IMG/VR virus record: IMGVR_UViG_3300036944_001324
Coordinates: 124,001-188,000 of that record
DNA: 64,000 nucleotides
Strand: one strand, 5' to 3'
Made by a program: the position numbers and the translations under genes. Under the pieces are notes generated by a model. That model was given only the letters and a program-made list of their open reading frames with translations. It was not told where the DNA came from and searched no databases. The first letter of the stretch is position 1; the number at the start of each line of letters is the position of its first letter. Of the stretch, positions 47,206 through 56,205 are shown one piece after another.

Positions 47206-48333
47206 ATGCAAACTTTCAACGTTGCGTGTTTTAGCGATCTCCACTTAGGACATCGCCGTAATGACACCCATGTCATGATTGGTGCTCTTGATGAGAGCAT
47301 TCTTCACTCTGGCTTACTCACGCGGATCAAACTGCTGTTTTTAGCTGGTGACGTCTTTGATCGTTTGCTCGAACTCAACCATCCAGCGATTCATGAAGTG
47401 GATCGCTGGATATGGCGTTTGTTCAGAGCATGCGAGAAAAATGGTGTTATCGTGCGTGTCCTGGAAGGCACGCCAAGTCACGACAGACACCAAAGCCACC
47501 GCTTCATAACGGTGCATGAGATCAGTCGCAGTCAATGCAATTTCAAGTATGTTGATAAGATCGATATCGAGTATATCGAGCCCTTGGGCATCAATGTGCT
47601 TTATATCCCTGATGAGATCTCTCCTCAAGGGACGCAGGAAACCAAAGCAATCGTTGAGACAATGCTGGTCAGTCGTGGCCTTGAGCAAGTAGACATTGCT
47701 TGTATGCATGGTTTCTTTAAGTACCAGTTACCTTACGACGTCAAAGAAAGTGCGTATCACGACGAAGACTTCTACCAGCGTATCGTTCGCTACTGGATAT
47801 TCATTGGTCACGTTCACAACCACACAAGGCGTGGAAAGATCGTAGCCCAAGGAAGCCACGACCGACTGACGCATGGTGAAGAAGAACCTAAAGGCTTTGT
47901 TCAAGCCAGCGTGGGCAATCTTGACGGTGATGAATGCTACTTCATCGAAAACAAGAAAGCTCACACTTACATGACCATCCAGTGTTACGAGATGGAAGTA
48001 GGTATGGCATTTGAGATGATTGATGACCGTCTGCAGAACGTCGTCGATTTCTCACGCATTCGGATTGAAGCTGAACCACAGCATCCGATCTTTACCAACA
48101 TGGCGGAACTTCAAAAGAAGTACCCCACACTTAACTTTACACCGCACCCTAAAGCGTTCGATGAGGGTACACCCTTGTCAGAAGCAGCCAAAGAGCCGGA
48201 AATTATCAAATGGCATGCAGTTGAGATCACGAAAGACAACATCGTGGACATGGTTGCATCCCGTCTTAGTTTGCGGGATATTGGACCTACTACTGCTGCA
48301 AGAGCATTACAACACTTGAAGGAGTTCGCATGA
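47206..48333 (+). CDS. SbcD/Mre11-like metallophosphoesterase nuclease
   Basis: SDLHLG, AGDVFD, GTPSHD, MHG and GHVH motifs. Confidence 0.88.
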   Translation: MQTFNVACFSDLHLGHRRNDTHVMIGALDESILHSGLLTRIKLLFLAGDVFDRLLELNHPAIHEVDRWIWRLFRACEKNGVIVRVLEGTPSHDRHQSHRFITVHEISRSQCNFKYVDKIDIEYIEPLGINVLYIPDEISPQGTQETKAIVETMLVSRGLEQVDIACMHGFFKYQLPYDVKESAYHDEDFYQRIVRYWIFIGHVHNHTRRGKIVAQGSHDRLTHGEEEPKGFVQASVGNLDGDECYFIENKKAHTYMTIQCYEMEVGMAFEMIDDRLQNVVDFSRIRIEAEPQHPIFTNMAELQKKYPTLNFTPHPKAFDEGTPLSEAAKEPEIIKWHAVEITKDNIVDMVASRLSLRDIGPTTAARALQHLKEFA

Positions 48334-48878
48334 AACGTTTGGATTTGATTGCGTATGGAGTCGCTGAAGTCTGCGGTGGGATCTATACCCCGCAGTCAGT
48401 CCTGACTGTTAAGAACAACGAAGCCTTGATGAAAGTATTGACCCAAGCAGGCGGTATCGAAATGCTGCACGGTTTCACGGCGATGTATAGTGCGATCGTG
48501 CATGCGGCTAATACACGTCAGATCTCCGTGGCGTGCGCCCGTGGTTTTTATCACATGGTCTTCGGCCAGTTATTTAACAAAAAGGAGCAGAGGCTGTTTC
48601 ACACTCCTATTGCCATGGTTTTACGGGAAGAAGAGTTTCGTGGTGTTTTCAATCTTTCCGGAATTACGGTAGAGGATGAAGAGTTTCATTTCGCTACGCC
48701 TGATTTCGTGTCCGTATCAAGTTTGATCAGCAAGATCATGCGTGAGAAGAAAATGGCAGGCATGAAACCAAACGTGCAGAACTGGTTGATCGATATGGTC
48801 CCACCCAAAAAACCACTGCCGGTCTACTACCAGTCTCAACGCAATCCTGGAAGATACGGCTATGAGCATCTTTCGTAG
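48330..48878 (+). CDS. Hypothetical protein
   Basis: ATGA overlap; SD AAGGAG. Confidence 0.75.
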   Translation: MKRLDLIAYGVAEVCGGIYTPQSVLTVKNNEALMKVLTQAGGIEMLHGFTAMYSAIVHAANTRQISVACARGFYHMVFGQLFNKKEQRLFHTPIAMVLREEEFRGVFNLSGITVEDEEFHFATPDFVSVSSLISKIMREKKMAGMKPNVQNWLIDMVPPKKPLPVYYQSQRNPGRYGYEHLS

Positions 48879-49068
48879 TTTCTTCTTTCGGTACCTACTG
48901 GGTCAGCACTTTCAGTGGTACCGTCGATGGTACGGCGGTCGTTGGGAATGTCACTGGATCGAGATCTGTGGGTCTTTCATCTGGTTGGACATGGCACCCG
49001 GTAATGCTTGGCCCGAGTATCGCCCGCCATGTTCTTTTGGAACACCTGTTATTGAGGACTATTCATGA
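48862..49068 (+). CDS. Small Trp/Cys-rich protein
   Basis: 68 aa with WYRRWYGGRWE; overlaps both neighbours. Confidence 0.6.
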   Translation: MSIFRSFFFRYLLGQHFQWYRRWYGGRWECHWIEICGSFIWLDMAPGNAWPEYRPPCSFGTPVIEDYS

Positions 49069-49925
49069 GCTTGGAAATACTCGCTGAGCGGGTCATGAGT
49101 GCGCCAGGTGTATCTGTAGGCACTACTCTCGCGCTTGAGACCATCTTGCCTTCTTGGCCTGTCTTTGATCCTGAACGACCAAAGCCCAAACCAGTCAACA
49201 TCTTCGATTACTCACGGGTCTGGATTAACCTGGCTACGCTCTTTCGCAATCTCTACGGCGCGTGCCCACGCGATCGTGTTGAATTGATGTCCGTAAACGA
49301 CGGCGCTGAAGCGCTGTACGCCGAGATGGAGACTATCTATCAAGCCATTCGCAGCGCTACCCAAAACGCAGTGGATGTTCACTACTACTGGTGTGACTAC
49401 AGTGATCTTGCTCGTCAGTTTCCTCGCGCTAAGTTGCGTGAATTGTCGACAGCCAAGCAGATCGCTTTTCGTGACTTGATGGTGAAGGTTGTTGGTAAGG
49501 TCGTGTCTATCGCCAAGTCCAACAACCAGCAATTCATCAGTCAATTTCACACTGACATCACGCCCAAGACCTACGGCAAAACACTGATGATTTCCCACTA
49601 CCCGGTGGACTTACTCAGTGAGCATCGTTTCGGTCACATTGACTTACTGGAATCCCATACAGGGGTTTTGAAAAACAAGACCCAATGGCATTCCAAGTTG
49701 TTCAACGGCAAGTCGTTGTCTATCCTTCCCTTTTGTGCTTTGACACTCCAGGTGTTTGGTGATGATCATTTCTTCAAAGCTCAGGATGCAAAGATCCGTG
49801 AAGCTGTTTTAGAGATCGCTCACAAAGGAAAATGGAGCTGGATGACGACCAAGTCGAAGATCCGCTCTGACGTTCGATCACACCCAGACCAGATGTTCGC
49901 ATCCATTTTGGCATCGATGACCTAA
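49065..49925 (+). CDS. Conserved protein with probable PIN/5'-nuclease-like fold
   Basis: WINLATLFRN, ISHYPVDLL and LQVFGD resemble degenerate FEN/PIN motifs; SD GAGGA. Confidence 0.55.
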   Translation: MSLEILAERVMSAPGVSVGTTLALETILPSWPVFDPERPKPKPVNIFDYSRVWINLATLFRNLYGACPRDRVELMSVNDGAEALYAEMETIYQAIRSATQNAVDVHYYWCDYSDLARQFPRAKLRELSTAKQIAFRDLMVKVVGKVVSIAKSNNQQFISQFHTDITPKTYGKTLMISHYPVDLLSEHRFGHIDLLESHTGVLKNKTQWHSKLFNGKSLSILPFCALTLQVFGDDHFFKAQDAKIREAVLEIAHKGKWSWMTTKSKIRSDVRSHPDQMFASILASMT

Positions 49926-50047
49926 CAATAAACAAGTAGTGGTTACTGGTCTATTTTTTCCAGTGACCACTATCATGTGCATCAAGCACAATCATCAATC
50001 AATCATCAACCCAATCCCACGTTTCACCGTGGAAAGGATAACCATCT

Positions 50048-50977
50048 ATGTCTACTGATCAGCAAAACGCCGCTACTGCCGGTGCTGGTGCGCCCGCTGC
50101 CGCTGAAACCCCCGTGAAGAAATTCAAGGAGGTTTACATCAATCGTTTCCAAATGGAAGCGCCCATTCCCGGCTCCCGTGGCGACCAAGCGGCCAACCTT
50201 TCGTGGGGTGCTTTCCGTGGTAATCCGCGGATCATCATCCGTACCAACGATCCTGCTGACGCTGAGATCAACTACGGCAAGATCAAGGCCAACATGGACA
50301 TCGGCACGTTCGAGTACCTGGCCGATCGCATCATCTTCGCTACGACAGCCGAAGCCGGTTTCAAAGAGAAGATCATCAACAAGTCCACCTACAAGGGCGG
50401 TCAGCGTTTCGACTCCCCCGAAACCATCAACTCGACGTTGTTCGGCAAGGACACCGACGGCCGTGTCTGGATCTCCGTGGTGGAAGACAGTCGCCCAGCG
50501 CCTCGTTTCTTTTTTGGTCCCTCCAAGTTCCATTCCGTGGTCCGTCAAGACGGCACGCCTTTGTCCGACGCAGAAGCATCGTGCCACTTCGCACGTGCCA
50601 CCATGCAGGCCTTGAAAGGCATCATGCACAGCCTGGCAGCCCGTGCAGCGCTGGGTGATGAAGAAGGTGGTGACGACGCCAAGCCATCCGCAGAAGGCGG
50701 TGGCGGCGGTTACAAGGGTGGTGGTCAGGGCGGCGGCTGGAAAGGCGGCGGCCAAGGTGGTGGTTGGAAGGGTAACGGCGGCGGTGGCGGTTGGCAGGGC
50801 CGTGGCCAAGGTGGTGGCGGCGGTGGCTGGAAAGGCGGTGGCCAGGGCGGTGGCTGGCAGGGTCGCAGTAATGGCGGCGGTGGTGGCGGTGGTTGGCAAG
50901 GTCGCCCCGGCGGCGGTGGTTACCAAAAGCCTGAAGCAGCTGCAGCGGCCGTGGGTCATGACGACATCACTTTCTAA
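50048..50977 (+). CDS. chmC: Probable ChmC-like nucleic-acid-binding protein with Gly/Trp-rich tail
   Basis: Directly upstream of the gp68-like gene; folded N-domain (GNPRI, FFFGPS) plus a low-complexity tail. Call is mainly synteny and architecture. Confidence 0.6.
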   Translation: MSTDQQNAATAGAGAPAAAETPVKKFKEVYINRFQMEAPIPGSRGDQAANLSWGAFRGNPRIIIRTNDPADAEINYGKIKANMDIGTFEYLADRIIFATTAEAGFKEKIINKSTYKGGQRFDSPETINSTLFGKDTDGRVWISVVEDSRPAPRFFFGPSKFHSVVRQDGTPLSDAEASCHFARATMQALKGIMHSLAARAALGDEEGGDDAKPSAEGGGGGYKGGGQGGGWKGGGQGGGWKGNGGGGGWQGRGQGGGGGGWKGGGQGGGWQGRSNGGGGGGGWQGRPGGGGYQKPEAAAAAVGHDDITF

Positions 50978-50996
50978 CTGAAACAACGTTAGCAAT

Positions 50997-51040
50997 CGGC
51001 ATAGAGGAGAGGCCTTCGTGGCCTCTCCTTTTATGGTGTT
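50997..51040. terminator. CATA/TATG-framed hairpin
   Basis: CGGCATAGAGGAGAGGCC-loop-GGCCTCTCCTTTTATGGTG. Confidence 0.8.
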
Positions 51041-51050
51041 ACATTAAAGA

Positions 51051-51076
51051 AATTTCAACCACATATCATCGATGTG
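51051..51076 (+). promoter_or_regulatory. Putative phage early promoter
   Basis: AATTTCAACCACATATCATCGATGTG. Confidence 0.75.
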
Positions 51077-51109
51077 ATATGTACCGTACCACCCAAAAGG
51101 AAAAGACCA

Positions 51110-52708
51110 ATGGAAGCAATTATCCCGGCATTTGACACGTATATCCTTGATCGCGCCATGTACATCACGCACAAAGGTGCGCACCTGGCATTCAAATCCG
51201 ACAAGGTCATTCGTGCCCGGATGTATGAAAACGATCCGAAGGTGATGTACCACATCAACTGGTACTGGTCTGGCTTGTCCCCAGAAAAGCAAGACGAGAT
51301 CTTCAACGTCTACACCAACATTCACGCCCTGTTGCAGCGTGAACCGGATACAACGTTCGAGAACCTGCCATTGGTTCACGCCATTCGCGATCTGGTGGCT
51401 CTGCACCCCATCGAAGAAATGTACGCCTGGATCACCAAGCCTGGTGTCCTGCGTTGGCCTGATGAATCGGAGATCCCACGGGAATTCGATCAAGCGGCGC
51501 AAGCGAAGTACTCGCGTGACAAGAACTTTGTCTATCAGGACTACCAAGACCTGATGGCTTTTGTTTTGCAACTGCGTGTGGTCACTCCGATCTGGGGTGA
51601 ATTCCTCGGCCAGTACGATAAGGTGATCAGTCACCCGTATCGTGACATGGTGGCTTTGCAACTGGCGAGCGAAAGCGCGATCAGTGAATCCCCCGGCTAC
51701 AAGAAACTGGAAAAGTTCGTGGACGCCATGGTGGCTTCCCGTGCAACACTGAGTACGTCTGGTTCGCTGGAGTTCATCTCCAGCGTTGACTATCCTGCGT
51801 GGATCTTCTCCAACACAGTGATGCGGCGGCTGACTGGTGCTAGCTTCTACCAAGCACCTGAGGATCGTTCTGCGTTCCTCGTGAAAGTGATTAGCAATCA
51901 CGTCAAGGACCTGATCGACAAAAGCGTGATGGACTTCAAGGCACCCACTGAAAAACGCGAGACGGGTGAAAGCTCTCGTGTCAGTGACGAAAGTCAGAAC
52001 AGCAACTTCGAGAACGTTCGCATCAAGCAGCGTTTGAGCGGTGGCGACAACTACTTCCTTCAGTGGTACGTTGGTGACTTGCCGCGACTGGCTAAAGAGC
52101 TCGAGCCCGACATCAACATGGGTCTGGTCAAGGACTTCTTGAACATGTACTCGATGGGTACGTTTGTTCCTGATCCCAATCAGGTTCTGGTGTTGCAATG
52201 GGTTCTTGCCCCTGTCATCAGTCCACAGGCTGCCGTGGATCTCACCCGGATCAACGTGGCACAATGCCTTGCTGTTGCAGGTGCGGTTCTCTGGCATCGG
52301 GATCACAAGATCCTCAGTGCTTTCGTCACATCGGGTCACAGCCGTGTGAGTATGAACGCCAATGTGTCTGGTGATACCGTCAGTCGCATGAACAACCAGA
52401 TCTACGACGAGCTGCCTCTGGTGTACCCGTACCAGCGTCGTGCCAAGAGCTCTGAAAAGAGCTACAAAGGCATCATCGATACCGTGAAAACGTTTGTCGA
52501 TGAAATCAGTCGTTTCGCATGGCATCCCACGCTGCCTGTCAACTACATCGAGGAGATCAAGGACTACGTTTCTGGAACGGATAACTACCGTACCCTGATC
52601 CTGCCCAACAACATGCGGCCTTTGGTGGTAGAGGCTTTGATCGATCTGGCCAAACGCCCTCTTCCGGACGACATCGTCCCTAACGTCCCAACAGAAACAA
52701 GCATGTGA
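51110..52708 (+). CDS. nvRNAP promoter-specificity (sigma-like) subunit, phiKZ gp68-like
   Basis: About 530 aa; Y..L......LR...PIWGEF motif; synteny. Confidence 0.7.
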   Translation: MEAIIPAFDTYILDRAMYITHKGAHLAFKSDKVIRARMYENDPKVMYHINWYWSGLSPEKQDEIFNVYTNIHALLQREPDTTFENLPLVHAIRDLVALHPIEEMYAWITKPGVLRWPDESEIPREFDQAAQAKYSRDKNFVYQDYQDLMAFVLQLRVVTPIWGEFLGQYDKVISHPYRDMVALQLASESAISESPGYKKLEKFVDAMVASRATLSTSGSLEFISSVDYPAWIFSNTVMRRLTGASFYQAPEDRSAFLVKVISNHVKDLIDKSVMDFKAPTEKRETGESSRVSDESQNSNFENVRIKQRLSGGDNYFLQWYVGDLPRLAKELEPDINMGLVKDFLNMYSMGTFVPDPNQVLVLQWVLAPVISPQAAVDLTRINVAQCLAVAGAVLWHRDHKILSAFVTSGHSRVSMNANVSGDTVSRMNNQIYDELPLVYPYQRRAKSSEKSYKGIIDTVKTFVDEISRFAWHPTLPVNYIEEIKDYVSGTDNYRTLILPNNMRPLVVEALIDLAKRPLPDDIVPNVPTETSM

Positions 52709-52841
52709 AGAAACGATAACAATCAAGAGAAGTAACAACAGTGCGGGTAACTAATAGCTGATTCTAGAGTTAGTTATTAGGCAACCTGCACTGTATGATA
52801 AGTGCGGCTAAGTAGCGGTTTAAAAAGAAAGGCTTTCGTTC

Positions 52842-54470
52842 ATGTTCCCATCCAAAACAATCTCCCTCCTTGCAAGGACTTTCATTCTGCGTCCTTCTGG
52901 TACGTACCAGAACCAGTTCCATCGCAACTTCACGGTTGATGCACGCCTGGGGCAAGTTGGTGCATTGGTGGATACGATCAATTCCGAGGGGTTGACAACC
53001 ATCACCCCTAAGCTGCTCGGTACAGTTGGCTATGACCTGCTCACGCTCGATTCGCGTATCGCCAACAAGAATCCCATTGCGGTTCCGAATGACTGGGGTA
53101 ACCGTCGCGGTATCTTCATTCTGGCACTGGAAGCCATCAACAGCACGGGTGGTCGGACCAACTACTACATCCAGGGCTACACGGACGAGCCTGCTTTCAG
53201 CAGCTCATCTATCGACCCACGGATGCGTCTGTACATCAACAACGTTGTTACAGCGACACCTACGGTTGAAGAGACCAACATGGGTCGTCTCAACAGCATG
53301 CGGGTGTCTTCGAACTTCCAAACGCCGGTGGACTTCAGTGCGACTTCTGTCAGTCCTTCCAACCCAATGGTGATGGCTCGCCCACAAGACATCTTCGGTC
53401 AAATGAAGAACGCTGACTTCAATGTCAGCGACGTCTTTGTGTCGGATCGCTCCAACATCGTGACCAACAACTTGGTGAGCTCTCGCAAGCGCAACAACGT
53501 ACCGACGTCTTTCCTCACGTCCGTCTTCAACGGGTTTGCTGCTGGTAAACGTGAAAACAACTCGCCTGACTTCACAGCGGGCGACGTGGCTGAGAATGCT
53601 TTCGACACCGTGTTGGAAAAAGACGGTCTGCTCGATACGTTCCTCGTGAAGGTGCGTGAAGCCAACGGTCTCACGCGCAGTCAGTCTCACTTCACGTTCG
53701 CTGAACTGTGCAACGCAGTTCCTAACGTTCACGATGTGTGGGTGCCGTTCCAGAACGCCAACCAAGGAATGCACCTGAGCCAAGCGAGTGACAGCAATCA
53801 CTTCGCCGGTCAATCGATCTCGACCATTGCAGCAGTGCAACTCGCTAGCGCCATGCCTGCTTTGATGCTCGAATGCATGCTCTCGACGTTGAACATTCGT
53901 GTGACCAACATGGTGTCTGGTCAGCTTGATCTGGTGTTGTACGGCAACCCAGGTTGCTTCGCACCTGATGTGGCTGTTCGGCAGTTTGAGCTGTTCAAGG
54001 ATCGTTTCATGCGTGAGGTCATCTATCCGTTGACTGAGCGCGGCATGATCAACATCGACGCCAAGATCACGTGCTCGTTCCACTCGGAATTTGTGATCGA
54101 CATCAAGATGGGTGATGACCCGATGACGCACTTCGTAGCACCCACGTTCTGCGATTCGTTGTTCTCTCCTACGGTGACCAACAACCCGCAAGTGGTCAAA
54201 GACCTCACAGGCCACATCGCAGTCATGTGTGATCACGTGGCTGAAGCTATTGGTTCTTCGGAACTGAGAAAGGATCGTATCATCAGCAAGTCTCTGATGG
54301 CTCCGATGACGGGGGCATTGTCCAGCAGAAATGACCTGGCATTCGGTATCCCGGCGTCGACCAATGGCGGCGCTATGGCGCCTCTTCGTTCCAGCAACCC
54401 CATGGCTGTTACTCCCAGCAACAACCCCATGGCGGTGCGGCCTAATGGTCCATCCATGAGCCGCATGTAA
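52842..54470 (+). CDS. picA: Probable nuclear import factor PicA/Imp1 (phiKZ gp69-like)
   Basis: Follows the gp68-like gene; GTY..Q..R, GYTD, IDP, RP.D and PTFCDSL motifs. Call is synteny-based. Confidence 0.65.
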   Translation: MFPSKTISLLARTFILRPSGTYQNQFHRNFTVDARLGQVGALVDTINSEGLTTITPKLLGTVGYDLLTLDSRIANKNPIAVPNDWGNRRGIFILALEAINSTGGRTNYYIQGYTDEPAFSSSSIDPRMRLYINNVVTATPTVEETNMGRLNSMRVSSNFQTPVDFSATSVSPSNPMVMARPQDIFGQMKNADFNVSDVFVSDRSNIVTNNLVSSRKRNNVPTSFLTSVFNGFAAGKRENNSPDFTAGDVAENAFDTVLEKDGLLDTFLVKVREANGLTRSQSHFTFAELCNAVPNVHDVWVPFQNANQGMHLSQASDSNHFAGQSISTIAAVQLASAMPALMLECMLSTLNIRVTNMVSGQLDLVLYGNPGCFAPDVAVRQFELFKDRFMREVIYPLTERGMINIDAKITCSFHSEFVIDIKMGDDPMTHFVAPTFCDSLFSPTVTNNPQVVKDLTGHIAVMCDHVAEAIGSSELRKDRIISKSLMAPMTGALSSRNDLAFGIPASTNGGAMAPLRSSNPMAVTPSNNPMAVRPNGPSMSRM

Positions 54471-54500
54471 ACACCCCATTCAAGTAAAGGAAAAATCAAA

Positions 54501-55652
54501 ATGGGCAAACTCCTGCAGCATTACGAGAATCTTCTCAATCTTGCATCCCTCACCTCCACCGCCGACGGCGTCGTGCGTCGCAAAGCACAAAAAGATGTCA
54601 AGGTGAACAACTTGTTCATCAGTGGCAAGCCTGTTGTGTTGCCCACCTACGAGCAGCTGAACTCGCAAACGATCTCTGACAAGATCGTGTTCCACCCTTT
54701 CGCAGAAAGCTCCTCCAAGGGCGAAAGCCAGATCGTGGCTGAACTGCGCTCGCGCTTTTGCGCTAGCATGTCGATGACGCTGATGAGCACGATCATGAAG
54801 TTCGTGGAATTCGGCGCCTCCAAGGCTGAGCACCGCAAGCTCAACCCGATCCAAAGCGAAATGCTCGACTGCGTTCGCAAGATCGATGAAAAGGATGCGA
54901 TGGCCATCGCTGATTTCTTCGTCAAGATCCTGAAGATGCCTGACAAGAAGAATGCATCGCTGATCCAGATCTACCTGAGCCGTCATGGACGGGTTGGTGA
55001 CAAGGAATACGCACGTGCCGGCATCGTCAGCTTCCCGCTCTACAACCTCGTGCTGGAAGAGCTGGAAAAGACCAAGGAGCGATCCATAGAGGGCATCAAG
55101 ATGTCCGAGAAGAACCTGCGGTACATCAAGGATCTGTACGAGTACATGTTCCCTGAGCTCAAGGACGGCCGCACCACGGCTTACGACCGCGGCAGCAATA
55201 GCGATGTTGCGCCTTACATGGACGCTTTGATGCGGACTGTGGCGGCTGTGCAGGGTGCCATCAACGAACGCATTCGTTTGTTCGAACCGGTGTTCAAGGA
55301 TGAGCTCGCCCTCATCCCTGAGGACTGGATGGATGCGATCGAAGAACTCGACGAGCTCCTGCCGGAAATCCGCAAGATCCGCGTGCAGCCCGGTGGTGAC
55401 GGTGAACCACGTGTTTCCGAAACCATTGCTAATGCAGGTGTAACTACTGTGCCGTCGGCATACGTTCCAACGGTTGCACCCATGGCTGTGGCTCCGCAGC
55501 AGGTGTACAACCCCATGGCTCCTGTTGCCCAGCCCGGCATGTACCCGCAGGCCCAGCCCGTGAACCTGAACCCGTTCGCGCAGCAGTACCAGCAGCACCA
55601 GCAACCTGCCTTCGTCTACGGTGGCGGTGGTGGTAAACCGCTCTGGGACTAA
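54501..55652 (+). CDS. Conserved protein (phiKZ gp70-like) with P/Q-rich tail
   Basis: LPT, FHPFAES...GES and APY motifs; synteny. Confidence 0.7.
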   Translation: MGKLLQHYENLLNLASLTSTADGVVRRKAQKDVKVNNLFISGKPVVLPTYEQLNSQTISDKIVFHPFAESSSKGESQIVAELRSRFCASMSMTLMSTIMKFVEFGASKAEHRKLNPIQSEMLDCVRKIDEKDAMAIADFFVKILKMPDKKNASLIQIYLSRHGRVGDKEYARAGIVSFPLYNLVLEELEKTKERSIEGIKMSEKNLRYIKDLYEYMFPELKDGRTTAYDRGSNSDVAPYMDALMRTVAAVQGAINERIRLFEPVFKDELALIPEDWMDAIEELDELLPEIRKIRVQPGGDGEPRVSETIANAGVTTVPSAYVPTVAPMAVAPQQVYNPMAPVAQPGMYPQAQPVNLNPFAQQYQQHQQPAFVYGGGGGKPLWD

Positions 55653-55671
55653 CACTGAAGTCTGAGCTGTA

Positions 55672-55718
55672 AACGGCATAGAACCCTACCCTGTCAAACG
55701 GGTAGGGTTCTTAGCTGC
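55672..55718. terminator. Bidirectional hairpin
   Basis: AACGGCATAGAACCCTACCC-loop-GGGTAGGGTTC between convergent genes. Confidence 0.8.
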
Positions 55719-55728
55719 TTCTTTATTT

Positions 55729-56076
55729 TTATCGCTTGATCTTCACCTTCATCTGCGTACGGTGCGTGTTGTAAATACGCCGGATGTACTGAGGGTCTAC
55801 CATGACAACCATGGAGATGTCCGAGTTGACATCGCTGGGTGAGATCATGTCGTTTACACGAAGAGTGATCCACTTGAGGTAATCAGGGACACCCAATTCG
55901 TTGAGTAGTCCATAAAAGTCACCCTTGTAACGCAGCGCCTGGATGGGCGTGATTGTTACGGTGGTGAGATTCGATTGTTCTTTGATGATCTTGAGGTGTT
56001 CTTCGAGAACTTTGCGAAACATGGGTTCGAAATAACCCGCTGAATCAGTTACGTTCAATACGTCTGTCAGTGCCAT
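55729..56076 (-). CDS. Conserved small protein (possible LysM-like fold)
   Basis: 115 aa with Y.GDFYGLL and W...RVN...P motifs; SD AAGGA. Confidence 0.7.
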   Translation of the reverse strand: MALTDVLNVTDSAGYFEPMFRKVLEEHLKIIKEQSNLTTVTITPIQALRYKGDFYGLLNELGVPDYLKWITLRVNDMISPSDVNSDISMVVMVDPQYIRRIYNTHRTQMKVKIKR

Positions 56077-56093
56077 AAAAATAGTCCTTAAAA

Positions 56094-56119
56094 ACTTTCA
56101 GCGATACATTATCAATGGG
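56094..56119 (+). promoter_or_regulatory. Putative phage early promoter
   Basis: ACTTTCAGCGATACATTATCAATGGG. Confidence 0.75.
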
Positions 56120-56205
56120 TGTTAGATGGTCAAACCATTGTCTTGGCCGGACAATGAAAGCGTTTTATTAGTGCGGTGAGAACAAAGCAAAGGAAGAGAT
56201 GAAGC

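Noticed and set aside
50690-50930. G-rich DNA repeat or G-quadruplex element
   Set aside because: Explained by GGY glycine codons; synonymous positions vary, which indicates protein-level selection.
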